Of a DNA stretch of 64,000 nt, positions 29,877-40,764 are shown piece after piece. Position 1 is the first letter of the stretch; every line of letters starts with the position of its first letter. The notes beneath the pieces are model-generated. The model was not told the DNA's origin, made no database searches, and saw only the letters and a list, made by a program, of their open reading frames with translations. The translations under genes were made by a program, and so were the position numbers. The stretch lies in the IMG/VR virus record IMGVR_UViG_3300042890_004141, positions 62,001 through 126,000 of that record; one strand, written 5' to 3'. This DNA is from an uncultured virus (IMG/VR IMGVR_UViG_3300042890_004141). Lineage: Duplodnaviria > Heunggongvirae > Uroviricota > Caudoviricetes.

Positions 29877-30056
29877 CTATCCTATCTGTTCTACTTTGTA
29901 TTGTCTTCCTGTTGGGTCGTTTAATTGTAATTCAGCGGCTTTTAATTCTGCTTCTTTTAGATTATCATAATCATAAATTGGATCGTCTGATTCTAGTTGG
30001 GCAACCCAGATATCATCTAGTCCAGGGATAAATTGCATAAATATTCTATAGATCAT
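29877..30056 (-). CDS. Small hypothetical protein, 59 aa (missed by ORF track)
   Basis: MIYRIFMQFIPGLDDIWVAQLESDDPIYDYDNLKEAELKAAELQLNDPTGRQYKVEQIG*; fills the gap between two operon genes. Confidence 0.6.
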   Translation of the reverse strand: MIYRIFMQFIPGLDDIWVAQLESDDPIYDYDNLKEAELKAAELQLNDPTGRQYKVEQIG

Positions 30057-30058
30057 AA

Positions 30059-30613
30059 TTAAACTTGATATGTTATATATCCTGAGAGTATACCACCTGT
30101 TGTGTTATTGTATAAAGATCTACCATTTAACCCAAAACCATTAGCACCTGAATTATAGTAATCTAAAGTAATTCTATCTTCACTACTAGCTACATACCCT
30201 TTAACTTGGGTACCTGCCGCACCTACACCTAATAAACTTCCTTCAGTAATTACTAAAGAAGAAAATACAGCAATACCGTTACTTGATGTATAAGGTAAAT
30301 CATCAACAGTTCCTGTACCTGTGTTTGCTCCTGGAGTGTAGCCGGTTATTTCAATATCAAACCAAGCATGAATTACATTACCAACTCGAGTATAAACTCC
30401 TGTTTGAGTGATGTAGTTTACAGAGCCTAAATCATTGTTAGTAGTATCAAGGGTAGGAGTCCATGTACCTTCTTCATAAAAATTTAAAGTAGTTTGTCCA
30501 AAATTAATTGATGAACCGGAAATTGCTCCGGATACATGAAGTTTAGTTCCGGGAGTTGCTGTACCAACCCCTAAATTTCCTTTTCTGATTATAAAATCGT
30601 AATCTGTTGCCAT
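30059..30613 (-). CDS. Short fibre-tip or fibre-associated protein
   Basis: GNLGVGTATP repeat unit, then YEEGTWTP...GVYTRVGNVI...LPY, a common fibre C-terminal domain. Confidence 0.7.
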   Translation of the reverse strand: MATDYDFIIRKGNLGVGTATPGTKLHVSGAISGSSINFGQTTLNFYEEGTWTPTLDTTNNDLGSVNYITQTGVYTRVGNVIHAWFDIEITGYTPGANTGTGTVDDLPYTSSNGIAVFSSLVITEGSLLGVGAAGTQVKGYVASSEDRITLDYYNSGANGFGLNGRSLYNNTTGGILSGYITYQV

Positions 30614-30625
30614 AACTGTGTTTTA

Positions 30626-33600
30626 TTATAATGCTCTATATGCTGTTTTAATTTCCCAAGTTCCACTTGCGATGTTTGCTGTTAATACTAAATTACCCCC
30701 TACAACAGAAGTTGAAAAATCTACGGGGGCTGTATTACCGATGTCAGCTGTGCTGGTGTCTGTATATCGTGAGGTTGAATTATTTTGAACCGCCATTATT
30801 GTTCCCGCTCTCATACTTATTGACCCTGAGGCTACATAGTAATCAAAGAATGCTGCCTTAAATGAACCTGTAGGTACAAAAGCAATGTTTGTATTTCCAG
30901 TAAGTGAACCTGAGAATGTTGTTGATTCAATGGTTGTTGTACCTTGGTTCTCTATTGCAATTGATCCTGAAACTTGAAGGTTATAGGATGGTGATGTAGT
31001 ACCAATACCTATGTTACCTGCTGAGGTAATACGCATTCTTTCGGTCATTGCTCCTCCATTAGGTCTGGTATCTAAGGCCAAATAACTTGCAAAGTTCCCT
31101 GAGGTATTATTTTCTTTACCGCTTCTAACTCTTGCACCTGTAGCTGTTGTAGTACCACTATATGCTTGACCAAGAACTAATGCTGCTCCTGTATCTTGAG
31201 CAAAAGATGAATTTCCATATAAAGACAAAGTACCACCATCTCCATCAGTATTAGATACAGATGTTTGCACCACTTCTAGTTTTGGAACTACTCCTCCGTA
31301 CCCTGCTTGAGATGTTGTATTTATTAATAATGACCCACCACTAGTAATACGCATTCTTTCGGTATTAGAAGTTTCAAATGACATATTTCCAGCAGCTGTA
31401 TTAACTACAGATATGGAATTAGCAAGCGTTGTATTTCTGTTTAATAATATTTTGAAATCAGCTAAAGCACCATCTGTAGCTCTAAATATTTCAGCAATAT
31501 TACTAGCCGCTGATGGTATATCTAAATGTAGTTTAGCAGCTGGAGTATTAGTACCAATACCTACATTACCTCCATTGATAATATACATTGATCCGGTAAA
31601 ATTACCTCCAGAATTAGATGAGAAACTATCACCAACTCCAAAAGCTAAGGTTCTGTTACCTGATGTAATAACGTTAGGACCCGCTATTCCTGCGCTATCA
31701 TTATTTCCCATAATGATATATGAAGGACAACCACCACCAGCTGCTGGTGCTGCTAAAGATAAAGCTCCACTACTTCCAGGACCACAAACTCCATTAATAT
31801 GAAGATTTGTTACAGGAGAAGCAATACCAATACCTACTCTACCTGATCCAGAAACAACTAAGTGGGCTGCTCCTTCAGAAGCACCGTTTGCTAAAATTTC
31901 AACTCCAACACCACTAGATCCCCTAACAATTAAATTATTACCGCTAGTGTCTGTAAATATATCAGAAACAATTGTTCCACTTTGTCTAAATCTAAGATAT
32001 GGGTCTGAAGGATTATTAATGGCAATTCCACCACCTTCTACTTCTAATTTATCATCTGGACTAGTAGTACCAATACCTACGTTTCCTGAGTTAGTAACAT
32101 AAAATAAACTACTAAAATTTTTATATACTGCAAAGGGAACACCTGTTGAACTTGCTCCGATATTAACATACATACCATTTGCATTGGTAGTACCTAAATT
32201 ATCTACACTAACTGCCCAATCTGAATTTAATGTGCCGCCTAAAATAGAAGCCCCATTGACTTGTAATTTAGCACTAGGATTAGTAGTACCAATACCTACG
32301 TTACCTACATCGGTAATGCGCATACGTTCGGTAGCAGTTGAATTATTGTAAAACCGTAAAGCACCGCTTTCCCATAAAATAGTTGGATTAGCACTCCATA
32401 ATTGAATATCATCCGTTAAACGAATTTTGCCTGCAACTTCAAGTTTTTGTGTTGGACTAGTAGTTCCAATACCTACGTTACCATTAGATCTAGCTACATA
32501 TAATGAAGCTGAATTAGCTGTGTCAAAGTTAGGAGCAACTACAAAACCGGATTGTGTAGATGATGTAACGTGACCAAACCACATTAAATCATTAAAGCTT
32601 GGATCCTGTGCTCTAAAGCCCCAATACCCGTTGCTTCCGTCTCCAGCAGCTGGGGCTACTAAATTTACAATAGCATAGTCACTACCTTTAAAGGTAGACA
32701 TACCTTGTCCTGATACGTGAGAACCAGAAACAACTAATTTAGTAGATGGGGTAGTAGTACCAATACCTACGTTACCGTTACCTAAAACTATAAATCTGGT
32801 TGTTCCACTATCTGTTGCAAATCCAGAGGATAAAGTTACTTCTGATCTAACTTGGAATGCTGTACCATCGCCTCTAGTAGTTCCTACGGTAACACCAGAA
32901 TTTGCACTTGAACCCCAACCATTAATAATACTAGTATAACTTGCATCTTGTTGGTCTGTAACTATTCTTAAACTTGGATTACCATTAATATCAGGCATCC
33001 ATATACCAGGACTAGTTCCTGGATCAGAGTCAATTAAAAGAGTACCATTTCTTAAATGTAATTTTTCAGTTGGACTATCTGTTCCTATACCAACTCTTTG
33101 ACTATTATCAATAGTCATAGCTGTTGTAGCACCATTGGTTTTAACTTGGAATTTTAAACCTCCAATTGTAGGCCCTACACCACTTTGGTTCCAAAAATAT
33201 GCGGCAGAAGCGTCTGCTGTAACTGAAGGATTTGAAGTTAATTTTAAAGCTCCGTCTACTTCAAGTTTTTGAGATGGACTAGTAGTACCAATACCTACAC
33301 TACCGTTAGCATTGACTACAAATGCAGGGGTTGAATATGTTGTTCCTCCTATTGTTGTTGAAGGAGTAATTTCAAAAGTATTTGCTACATTGTACTGAGC
33401 TCCTAAAAGCCAGTTATAGAAAGTACCAGTACTAACATAGTATTCTAATCCAGCGTTTGAATTAGAACTGTTATCCATTCTAATTCCTATATTAGATGAT
33501 TTTACAGTTAGTGGTCTTGTTGGGCTAGTAGTACCAATACCTACGTTCCCACTAGCACTAATATATAATGGATATGAAGAAGCTACATCGCTGTATAATC

Positions 33601-36600
33601 CAAAATCACCAGAAACATATCCAATGTATCTGTACTTATTAGTACCATTTAAATTAAATGATTGATATGTATAGTTTCCAACAGAAGCAGCGAAATCTAA
33701 TATTAACTGTTCATTTGTTGAACCTGATACTCTTAAGTTACCGTTCCATACATCTAGTTTGGTAGATGGACTAGTAGTCCCAATCCCGACATTCCCTAAC
33801 AAATAATGTGAACTACCAGTTGCCTGAATTGAACCAGTAAATGTCTGTGTATTAGCTAAACTATTACCAAATATATTTGAACCTGAAGAATAAATAACAG
33901 ATGAGGTAATTTGTTGTACGTTTAGCTTTTGTGCTGTGATTGTACCTGCTACTGTTAAGCTGCCGGAAATGTATCCGCTGCCTGAAACCTCGAGGTTGTA
34001 GGTTGGGTTAGATACACCAATACCTACGTTACCTCCAGAGGTAATACGCATACGTTCAGTAAATCCGGCTTGTGTACCTGGATTTGTTGATGTACCAATT
34101 ACTAATGGTGAATTAGAATCATAACTAATTGAAGTTTGTGAATCTGATTCAACATTTATATTAAATTGTTTAGAGTTTGAAGCGTTAGTTCTAGTTATTG
34201 TAAATTGGGTATTTCCGTCACTAGCTATATTTAATGATGCTGATGGACTAGTAGTACCTATACCAACTCTACTTAAAAAATAACTAGGTGTTCCTGAATA
34301 TCCGGATAGTTTTGAAATAATATCATTATTACCTGTTCTAACTTCTAAATACCCGTCTGCACCCGACTCGTATATTCTAACTAGTTTAGCTGAGTTTGCG
34401 TTTCGTTCTAATACAAATCCATCACCGTAACTACTAACCTCACCCGGAGATTTTACTGTTAATTTACCTGCAGGACTTGTAGTACCAATACCTACATTAC
34501 CACCTCCGGTAATACGCATGCGTTCAGTAGGTGTAAAAGCATCTCCTGCGGTTTTAGAAGCAGCATCATCAGCAAAGAATTTAAGTACTCCATTTAATCC
34601 ACCACCAGTACCACTAACAGAGATACCAGCTGCACCATAAGTAGCTGTTATAGATGTTTTATATCCACTTGAACCGGAAACACCATAAAAATTAGACGAT
34701 AACCATAAATCACCACTGCTATATTCACTAAATATATTACTGTAATCTTCCCATGTTATTCTTTGTCCTTGTGAAGCTGCACCTAAACTTAATCTAGCAG
34801 ATGGACTAGTAGTACCAATACCTACGTTACCGGAAGTATTAATATACATTCTATTTGTATTATTAGTATAAAATCCTAAAGGCGTAGCGTTGGTTGATCC
34901 TATGTAACCTTCGTTAGAAACAAGACCTGCATACATTAAATATGTACCTGAGTTCTCAATCTTTATAATTTGGTCACCGGTACCGTATATGTGAAGATTA
35001 TTAGCAGGACTAGTAGTACCAATACCAACCCTACTTCCACTATACACCAATCCACTATCGGCTGCTAATGCACCACCGCTATTGTATACAATTTGTGTTG
35101 TTGAACCTGGAGCTGATACTGAACCTGAGAATGAACCTGTGAATGAGGTTGCTGTTACACCACCTGCTACTTGAAGTGTGTTAGATGGGGTGGTAGTCCC
35201 TATTCCGACATTGCCGTTAGCAGCCAATCTCATTGTTGTCAACAAAGTAGCTGCAGTACCTGCAGCGCCCGTTGCAACCCTATTGAAATCTATTGTCCCA
35301 TCCTGCATATACATTTGCGTAGCAAATCCAGTATTCCTTAGTCGCCAGGTTGCTCCGTTAAAGTATAAGTTCTCTGCATACCAGCCATTATTGACCGCGT
35401 AAGATTGCATCTCTAGTCCACCTGTCCTAATTGATGAATTACTTGGAGATGATTCTACTTCTAATTTAGTAGATGGACTAGTTATGCCAATACCTACGTT
35501 ACCTGCGTAGGTAACGGTTAATCGGTCTGCATTTGCTGTGCCAAGTTTTAGTGAACCCGTTGGGTTAGATGCATCACCATATATGTAGGTAGTTCCATCA
35601 CCATAACCCCATTGAAGGAGCGTAGTGTTATCAATAAGAATATTTCCACCACGCACGTTCAGTTTTGCTCCTGGACTGCTAGTCCCGATACCTACACTAC
35701 CTCCAGCAGCGATTCTAACTCTTTCGCTTGCTCCTTCGTGGAATTCAAAAGATGAATTGTTTGTATAAACAATTTGGTTTCTTGTTGTACTATTATAATA
35801 AGTGTGGACGGTTGTTGCTCCAGAAACTCCTACACTAATATCACCTTGAACGTCTAGTTTTTGTGATGGCGTAGTAGTACCAATACCTATGTTACCTGAA
35901 GATGATATAAATAATCTAGTAGTACTAGCACCAGTTAAAAACGATAAATTCTCATTAGTTTGAGAAATAGCTGCTATAGTACCGTTAGTTGTATCACCTA
36001 ATGTTAATTGGTTTGTATTAGCAACTGTAGCAAAATAACCTTGTCCTCTTACATCAAATTTGTAGACAGGACTTGTAGTACCAATACCTACATTACTCCC
36101 GCTAAATACAAAATTAGAAGCGGCTGCTAATGCACCGCCACTATTAAAGAGTACCTGAGTAGTAGAACCAGGTGCTGCAATACTACCGGAAAATGAACCT
36201 GTGAATGAGGTTGCAGTTATATTTCCTTTTACCTGGAAGGTAGCTCCGTCATCATTAGATCCTCCAACAATAACATTACCTCCCTGTAAGTAAGAAACTC
36301 CGTTTGTATTTAATACTATATTTACAGTACCAGAGGCATTTGCCCCATATATAGATGGGTGGTTATTAGAATCTTGATAAATACTAATAGCACCTGAACC
36401 GGCACTTGGAGTAAATGATGTAAAGAATGAGTTACTTGCTCCCGATTTTACTTCTAGTCTATAGCCTGGTGTAGTGGTCCCGATCCCCACGTTACCTGAA
36501 CCGGAAATATAAATTCTTGATAAGCCGGCGCTTCCATCGTAAATATTTAACGCGTCTGATGTACCTATTAATTCAAATAATCTACCGTTAGAAATTTGAA

Positions 36601-37381
36601 GTTTAGTTCTTGTAAGGATATAGCTGTCTACATCTAAACCACTAGCAAATCTACCAGTGCCGTTAACATCTAATTTATAAGCAGGTGTAGTAGTACCAAT
36701 ACCAACCAACCCACCAAACGAGGCCGTTGAAGCATTTTGTGTAATTGAACCTGTAAATACTGCAGGTCCGATGTTTGTGAATGTCGAAGAACCGGAAACA
36801 GTAAGTGAACCTGAGATAAGAACGCTACCGCTGACGTCAAGTTTAGCGTTAGGAGAGGTTGTACCAATACCTACATTATCAGAACTATTTATAGTTAAAG
36901 TTGCAGCTGAACTTGCTCCTAAGTGTAAATAGTTAGCTGCTCTTAAAGCAGTACTATCGGTTTGAGCATTTTGAAATATATTTCCAGCGTTACCATACCC
37001 TAAGATAGTTCTGAATGTAGTATTTTCATTAATAACTAAACCACCATATTGAGTTGTAGAATCTATTCTAATGTTAGCAGCATCAGAACTAGCAGCTCCT
37101 GATATATGTAGATTGTTTTGAGGACTAGCAGTACCAATACCTACGTTACTTCCGCTAAATACAAAATTGGATGCTGCACCGAATGCACCTCCGTTATTAT
37201 AAATGATTTGAGTATCTGAACCCGGTACTGTGACAGTAACCGAGGAGGTGGACATGTAGTATACCTGTTTAGTACTGTCGTCAAATGAAAGAATATATCC
37301 TTTTGAAGCTGATGTAGCTGAAGGTAAATATGTACTTCCTGAAACTATTAAACCTGTTCTTGTTACAAACTCGTTAGCCAT
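30626..37381 (-). CDS. Long tail fibre, 2251 aa, with about 25 GNVGIGTTSP repeats
   Basis: Repeated ERMRI..GNVGIGTT.P..KL.V.G units. Confidence 0.85.
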   Translation of the reverse strand: MANEFVTRTGLIVSGSTYLPSATSASKGYILSFDDSTKQVYYMSTSSVTVTVPGSDTQIIYNNGGAFGAASNFVFSGSNVGIGTASPQNNLHISGAASSDAANIRIDSTTQYGGLVINENTTFRTILGYGNAGNIFQNAQTDSTALRAANYLHLGASSAATLTINSSDNVGIGTTSPNAKLDVSGSVLISGSLTVSGSSTFTNIGPAVFTGSITQNASTASFGGLVGIGTTTPAYKLDVNGTGRFASGLDVDSYILTRTKLQISNGRLFELIGTSDALNIYDGSAGLSRIYISGSGNVGIGTTTPGYRLEVKSGASNSFFTSFTPSAGSGAISIYQDSNNHPSIYGANASGTVNIVLNTNGVSYLQGGNVIVGGSNDDGATFQVKGNITATSFTGSFSGSIAAPGSTTQVLFNSGGALAAASNFVFSGSNVGIGTTSPVYKFDVRGQGYFATVANTNQLTLGDTTNGTIAAISQTNENLSFLTGASTTRLFISSSGNIGIGTTTPSQKLDVQGDISVGVSGATTVHTYYNSTTRNQIVYTNNSSFEFHEGASERVRIAAGGSVGIGTSSPGAKLNVRGGNILIDNTTLLQWGYGDGTTYIYGDASNPTGSLKLGTANADRLTVTYAGNVGIGITSPSTKLEVESSPSNSSIRTGGLEMQSYAVNNGWYAENLYFNGATWRLRNTGFATQMYMQDGTIDFNRVATGAAGTAATLLTTMRLAANGNVGIGTTTPSNTLQVAGGVTATSFTGSFSGSVSAPGSTTQIVYNSGGALAADSGLVYSGSRVGIGTTSPANNLHIYGTGDQIIKIENSGTYLMYAGLVSNEGYIGSTNATPLGFYTNNTNRMYINTSGNVGIGTTSPSARLSLGAASQGQRITWEDYSNIFSEYSSGDLWLSSNFYGVSGSSGYKTSITATYGAAGISVSGTGGGLNGVLKFFADDAASKTAGDAFTPTERMRITGGGNVGIGTTSPAGKLTVKSPGEVSSYGDGFVLERNANSAKLVRIYESGADGYLEVRTGNNDIISKLSGYSGTPSYFLSRVGIGTTSPSASLNIASDGNTQFTITRTNASNSKQFNINVESDSQTSISYDSNSPLVIGTSTNPGTQAGFTERMRITSGGNVGIGVSNPTYNLEVSGSGYISGSLTVAGTITAQKLNVQQITSSVIYSSGSNIFGNSLANTQTFTGSIQATGSSHYLLGNVGIGTTSPSTKLDVWNGNLRVSGSTNEQLILDFAASVGNYTYQSFNLNGTNKYRYIGYVSGDFGLYSDVASSYPLYISASGNVGIGTTSPTRPLTVKSSNIGIRMDNSSNSNAGLEYYVSTGTFYNWLLGAQYNVANTFEITPSTTIGGTTYSTPAFVVNANGSVGIGTTSPSQKLEVDGALKLTSNPSVTADASAAYFWNQSGVGPTIGGLKFQVKTNGATTAMTIDNSQRVGIGTDSPTEKLHLRNGTLLIDSDPGTSPGIWMPDINGNPSLRIVTDQQDASYTSIINGWGSSANSGVTVGTTRGDGTAFQVRSEVTLSSGFATDSGTTRFIVLGNGNVGIGTTTPSTKLVVSGSHVSGQGMSTFKGSDYAIVNLVAPAAGDGSNGYWGFRAQDPSFNDLMWFGHVTSSTQSGFVVAPNFDTANSASLYVARSNGNVGIGTTSPTQKLEVAGKIRLTDDIQLWSANPTILWESGALRFYNNSTATERMRITDVGNVGIGTTNPSAKLQVNGASILGGTLNSDWAVSVDNLGTTNANGMYVNIGASSTGVPFAVYKNFSSLFYVTNSGNVGIGTTSPDDKLEVEGGGIAINNPSDPYLRFRQSGTIVSDIFTDTSGNNLIVRGSSGVGVEILANGASEGAAHLVVSGSGRVGIGIASPVTNLHINGVCGPGSSGALSLAAPAAGGGCPSYIIMGNNDSAGIAGPNVITSGNRTLAFGVGDSFSSNSGGNFTGSMYIINGGNVGIGTNTPAAKLHLDIPSAASNIAEIFRATDGALADFKILLNRNTTLANSISVVNTAAGNMSFETSNTERMRITSGGSLLINTTSQAGYGGVVPKLEVVQTSVSNTDGDGGTLSLYGNSSFAQDTGAALVLGQAYSGTTTATGARVRSGKENNTSGNFASYLALDTRPNGGAMTERMRITSAGNIGIGTTSPSYNLQVSGSIAIENQGTTTIESTTFSGSLTGNTNIAFVPTGSFKAAFFDYYVASGSISMRAGTIMAVQNNSTSRYTDTSTADIGNTAPVDFSTSVVGGNLVLTANIASGTWEIKTAYRAL

Positions 37382-37403
37382 TCTTTATTATTTGTTATAA
37401 ATA

Positions 37404-40295
37404 TTAAAATATTTTAAGTAGTGCTTTTAATTGCCATCCTGAAGTTGGTGTCTCTAATACAATCACAGTATTGCTACCACTATAGTTTGCTGTGAAGTAT
37501 ACATTGTTAGTGTTTCCAATATCGACTGTACTAACATCATAATGGACTGGCGTAATTGAACCGTCCCACGCAACATAGAAATCTCCTGTACGTACATTAG
37601 AGTTAGATCTTACCATATATTCCATATGGGCTGTATAAGCATATCCAAAAGGAATTGTTACAATTAAATTACTACCTGAACCTATTAAATCATTTTCTAC
37701 TACATCAAACGTTACTGTGTTAAGTACAAAGTTTGATGAGTACATACCATTTACTAAACTTGAAGTGATCATAAAATCACTACCAGTTAATTGTAATAAT
37801 GTGTTGTCGTATGTAAATCCTACACTAGTTACTACTCCATTTGCTGTTCCGTCTGAAACTAAAACAGCGTATTGTGATGGGTTAGATACAGATAAACTAG
37901 TACCTGAAGATCCAGCTGTGCCTGAAGAGCCTGAAGTACCAGCGGTACCCGCTGCTCCTGAACTGCCTGAGCTACCTGAGGTGCCTGATAAACCAGAGGT
38001 ACCACTTGTACCTGAGGATCCTGATTCGCCTGAACTACCTGAACTACCTGAACTACCTGCAACTCCAGAAGTACCACTTGAACCACTAGCTCCGGCTGCG
38101 CCTGATGTACCTGAAGTACCTGAACTACCTGAAGATCCAGAACTACCACTAGTTCCTGATGAACCAGAAGAACCACTTGAACCAGATGAACCAGCTGTAC
38201 CACTTTCTCCTGAAGTACCTGATGAGCCTGAAGTTCCTGATTGTCCTGAGGAGCCAGCACTGCCTGAGGTACCTGAGGTACCTGAAGAGCCAGCACTGCC
38301 TGATGAACCGCTTAAACCACTTGATCCACTTTCGCCTGAAGTTCCAGATGAGCCTGAAGTTCCAGATTCACCAGAACTACCACTTGAACCTGAACTACCG
38401 CTTAAACCAGATGAACCTGAGCTACCGCTTAAACCACTAGATCCTGCTGTCCCACTTAAACCAGAAGAACCACTTGTACCACTTTCGCCTGAAGTACCAC
38501 TTGAACCGCTTGTACCACTTTCACCTGATGTTCCACTTGAACCTGAAGTACCTGATTGTCCTGAAGTACCGCTTGAACCTGAAGTACCTGATTCGCCTGA
38601 TGACCCTGAAGTGCCTGATGAACCAGCAACACCTGAAGTGCCTGAGCTACCAGAAGATCCTGAGCTACCGGCTGTACCTGAACTACCGTCTCCACCAGAT
38701 GCTCCATCTAGGTTTGTAGTCCAAGAAGAATATGTTGCTGTACCCTCAACACTAGATATTTTTATTGTTAATGATCCTGTGCCTGAATTGTATGAAACTA
38801 CATCCCCGTGAATTTCTTCACCAACAGCATGAGCTACAATTACGTGTTGAGATACTGTATATGATAATCCTGTACTTGTAGTTATGGTTAAATTATTTCC
38901 AACTACAAGTGTACTTAAATTAATTGAATCAGTTGATGTACCAATATAGGAAGCACTTTGACCTGATGAGCCTGAAGTTCCATTAGCCCCTGAAGTACCG
39001 CTTGAGCCTGTCGCACCTGAAGAACCACTAGATCCTGAAGTGCCTGCTTCTCCTGAGGTTCCACTTGAACCACTTGTTCCTGATAAACCTGAGCTACCTG
39101 AAGTGCCAGATTCACCTGAGGTGCCTGAACTGCCTGATGTACCACTTAAACCTGAGCTTCCACTAGTTCCTGAAGAACCAGAAGAACCACTAGTACCTGT
39201 TGTACCAGAAGTACCAGATAAACCTGAACTGCCTGAACTACCACTTGTTCCTGAAGTACCACTTGCACCAGAAGTACCTGATGAGCCTGAAGTTCCTGAT
39301 TGTCCAGAAGATCCAGAAGAACCATCAGCGCCTGAGCTGCCTGAAGTACCATCAACTCCTGAGCTGCCGCTTGAACCACCAGATCCTGAAGTACCAGATA
39401 AGCCTGAAGTACCTGAAGAACCAGAAGTACCTGATTGTCCTGAAGAACCAGAAGAACCATCTATACCTGAACTACCAGAACTACCATTTTGTCCTGATGT
39501 GCCTGAGCTTCCTGTTAATCCTGAAGAACCTGAAGTGCCTGAAGTGCCTGTTGTACCTGAAGAACCAGAACTGCCTGAAGTACCAGCGCTACCTGAAGTA
39601 CCTGCTGACCCTGAAGTACCATTTGAACCAGAAGTACCAGATGAACCATCTATACCGCTTGATCCAGATGAACCTGAAGTACCATCTATACCTGAAGTAC
39701 CTGAAGTTCCACTTGAACCAGAAGAACCTGAAGAACCTGAAGTACCACTTGTACCAGAAGATCCAGATGTACCAGGAGCACCTGGTAAACCAGATACGCC
39801 TGAAGAACCTGAAGTACCATCAGTACCTGATGTACCACTTGTACCTGCTGTACCTGGAGAGCCAGTACCTGAAGTACCGGCTGTACCAGCAGTACCTGAA
39901 GTACCGGTTGTACCAGAACTACCTGATGAACCTGCTGAACCTGAGCTACCAGATGAACCTGAAGTACCAGTTGTACCTGAGGTACCTGAAGCTCCAGATG
40001 TACCAGATGAACCTCTAGGTCCTACTTGTCCAACTTCAATTACAGCGGATATAGGTTGAGCTACTTCTACAACATTATCAGGAAGTTGAGTATTTACTAC
40101 CGTAACAGTGTTAGGTAGATTATCTAAATTTAATGTTAAAGTTGTTTGTACTACTGTTGTAGGACTAAAAACAGTACTTTGAGTTGTTACTGAACTGGAG
40201 TCAGGGTTTTGAACAACTGTAATAGTATTACCTGTCGGTTCTACAACGACTATAGTATTTTGGCTTTGTATTACATTAATTGAGTTTGACTCCAT
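37404..40295 (-). CDS. Second Gly-Ser-Thr triplet-repeat (collagen-like) fibre protein, 963 aa
   Basis: Repeat opens with GQVGPRGSSGTS; two GSS/GTS tracts separated by a globular insert; C-terminal domain resembles that of 30626..37381. Confidence 0.85.
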   Translation of the reverse strand: MESNSINVIQSQNTIVVVEPTGNTITVVQNPDSSSVTTQSTVFSPTTVVQTTLTLNLDNLPNTVTVVNTQLPDNVVEVAQPISAVIEVGQVGPRGSSGTSGASGTSGTTGTSGSSGSSGSAGSSGSSGTTGTSGTAGTAGTSGTGSPGTAGTSGTSGTDGTSGSSGVSGLPGAPGTSGSSGTSGTSGSSGSSGSSGTSGTSGIDGTSGSSGSSGIDGSSGTSGSNGTSGSAGTSGSAGTSGSSGSSGTTGTSGTSGSSGLTGSSGTSGQNGSSGSSGIDGSSGSSGQSGTSGSSGTSGLSGTSGSGGSSGSSGVDGTSGSSGADGSSGSSGQSGTSGSSGTSGASGTSGTSGSSGSSGLSGTSGTTGTSGSSGSSGTSGSSGLSGTSGSSGTSGESGTSGSSGLSGTSGSSGTSGEAGTSGSSGSSGATGSSGTSGANGTSGSSGQSASYIGTSTDSINLSTLVVGNNLTITTSTGLSYTVSQHVIVAHAVGEEIHGDVVSYNSGTGSLTIKISSVEGTATYSSWTTNLDGASGGDGSSGTAGSSGSSGSSGTSGVAGSSGTSGSSGESGTSGSSGTSGQSGTSGSSGTSGESGTSGSSGTSGESGTSGSSGLSGTAGSSGLSGSSGSSGLSGSSGSSGSSGESGTSGSSGTSGESGSSGLSGSSGSAGSSGTSGTSGSAGSSGQSGTSGSSGTSGESGTAGSSGSSGSSGSSGTSGSSGSSGSSGTSGTSGAAGASGSSGTSGVAGSSGSSGSSGESGSSGTSGTSGLSGTSGSSGSSGAAGTAGTSGSSGTAGSSGTSLSVSNPSQYAVLVSDGTANGVVTSVGFTYDNTLLQLTGSDFMITSSLVNGMYSSNFVLNTVTFDVVENDLIGSGSNLIVTIPFGYAYTAHMEYMVRSNSNVRTGDFYVAWDGSITPVHYDVSTVDIGNTNNVYFTANYSGSNTVIVLETPTSGWQLKALLKIF

Positions 40296-40306
40296 TACAA
40301 ACTCGT

Positions 40307-40723
40307 TTAGGCAGGATTAACTTCAGTAACTTGTTTGCTTAATTGTACTTGACCTTCGAGCAATCTAATTTTTTCACTTCCAGAAGTTAGTTCAATATCA
40401 TAATAAGCGTTACCTGTAAAGACTAAATCTTGTGTTGTTGCCCATCCGGCGTATATTCCTATACTGCCTGATGTTACAGATGTAGTACCATTACTACCTG
40501 AAAAACTTAAAAAAGCACTACTGCTATTAAAATTATAAGTGTCTCCTAAACTAGAAGTTAAAGTTAAATAGGTTTGACCACTACCGCTATAAGCTGAACG
40601 AATTTGCATAGCACCTTCATAACCAGCCAAACTTATAGGTTCACCAACCGAGTCTTTATATTGTAATTCTAAATTTAGAGTAGCACCTTGTTCAATGATA
40701 AAAGAATATTTTCCAGCAGCCAT
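40307..40723 (-). CDS. Conserved virion protein, possible fibre or baseplate attachment (BppU-like)
   Basis: MAAGKYSFIIEQGAT...LAGY...MQIR...YYDIEL...RLLEGQV. Confidence 0.55.
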   Translation of the reverse strand: MAAGKYSFIIEQGATLNLELQYKDSVGEPISLAGYEGAMQIRSAYSGSGQTYLTLTSSLGDTYNFNSSSAFLSFSGSNGTTSVTSGSIGIYAGWATTQDLVFTGNAYYDIELTSGSEKIRLLEGQVQLSKQVTEVNPA

Positions 40724-40764
40724 ATTTTTTATATATAAATATTAAGAAATAATGGAAATATTTA

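Noticed and set aside
29831..30031. 66-aa plus-strand ORF
   Set aside because: A better co-oriented minus-strand ORF (29877..30056) occupies the same gap.
37717..40059. Plus-strand and alternative-frame ORFs over the second GST-repeat gene
   Set aside because: Same shadow effect.
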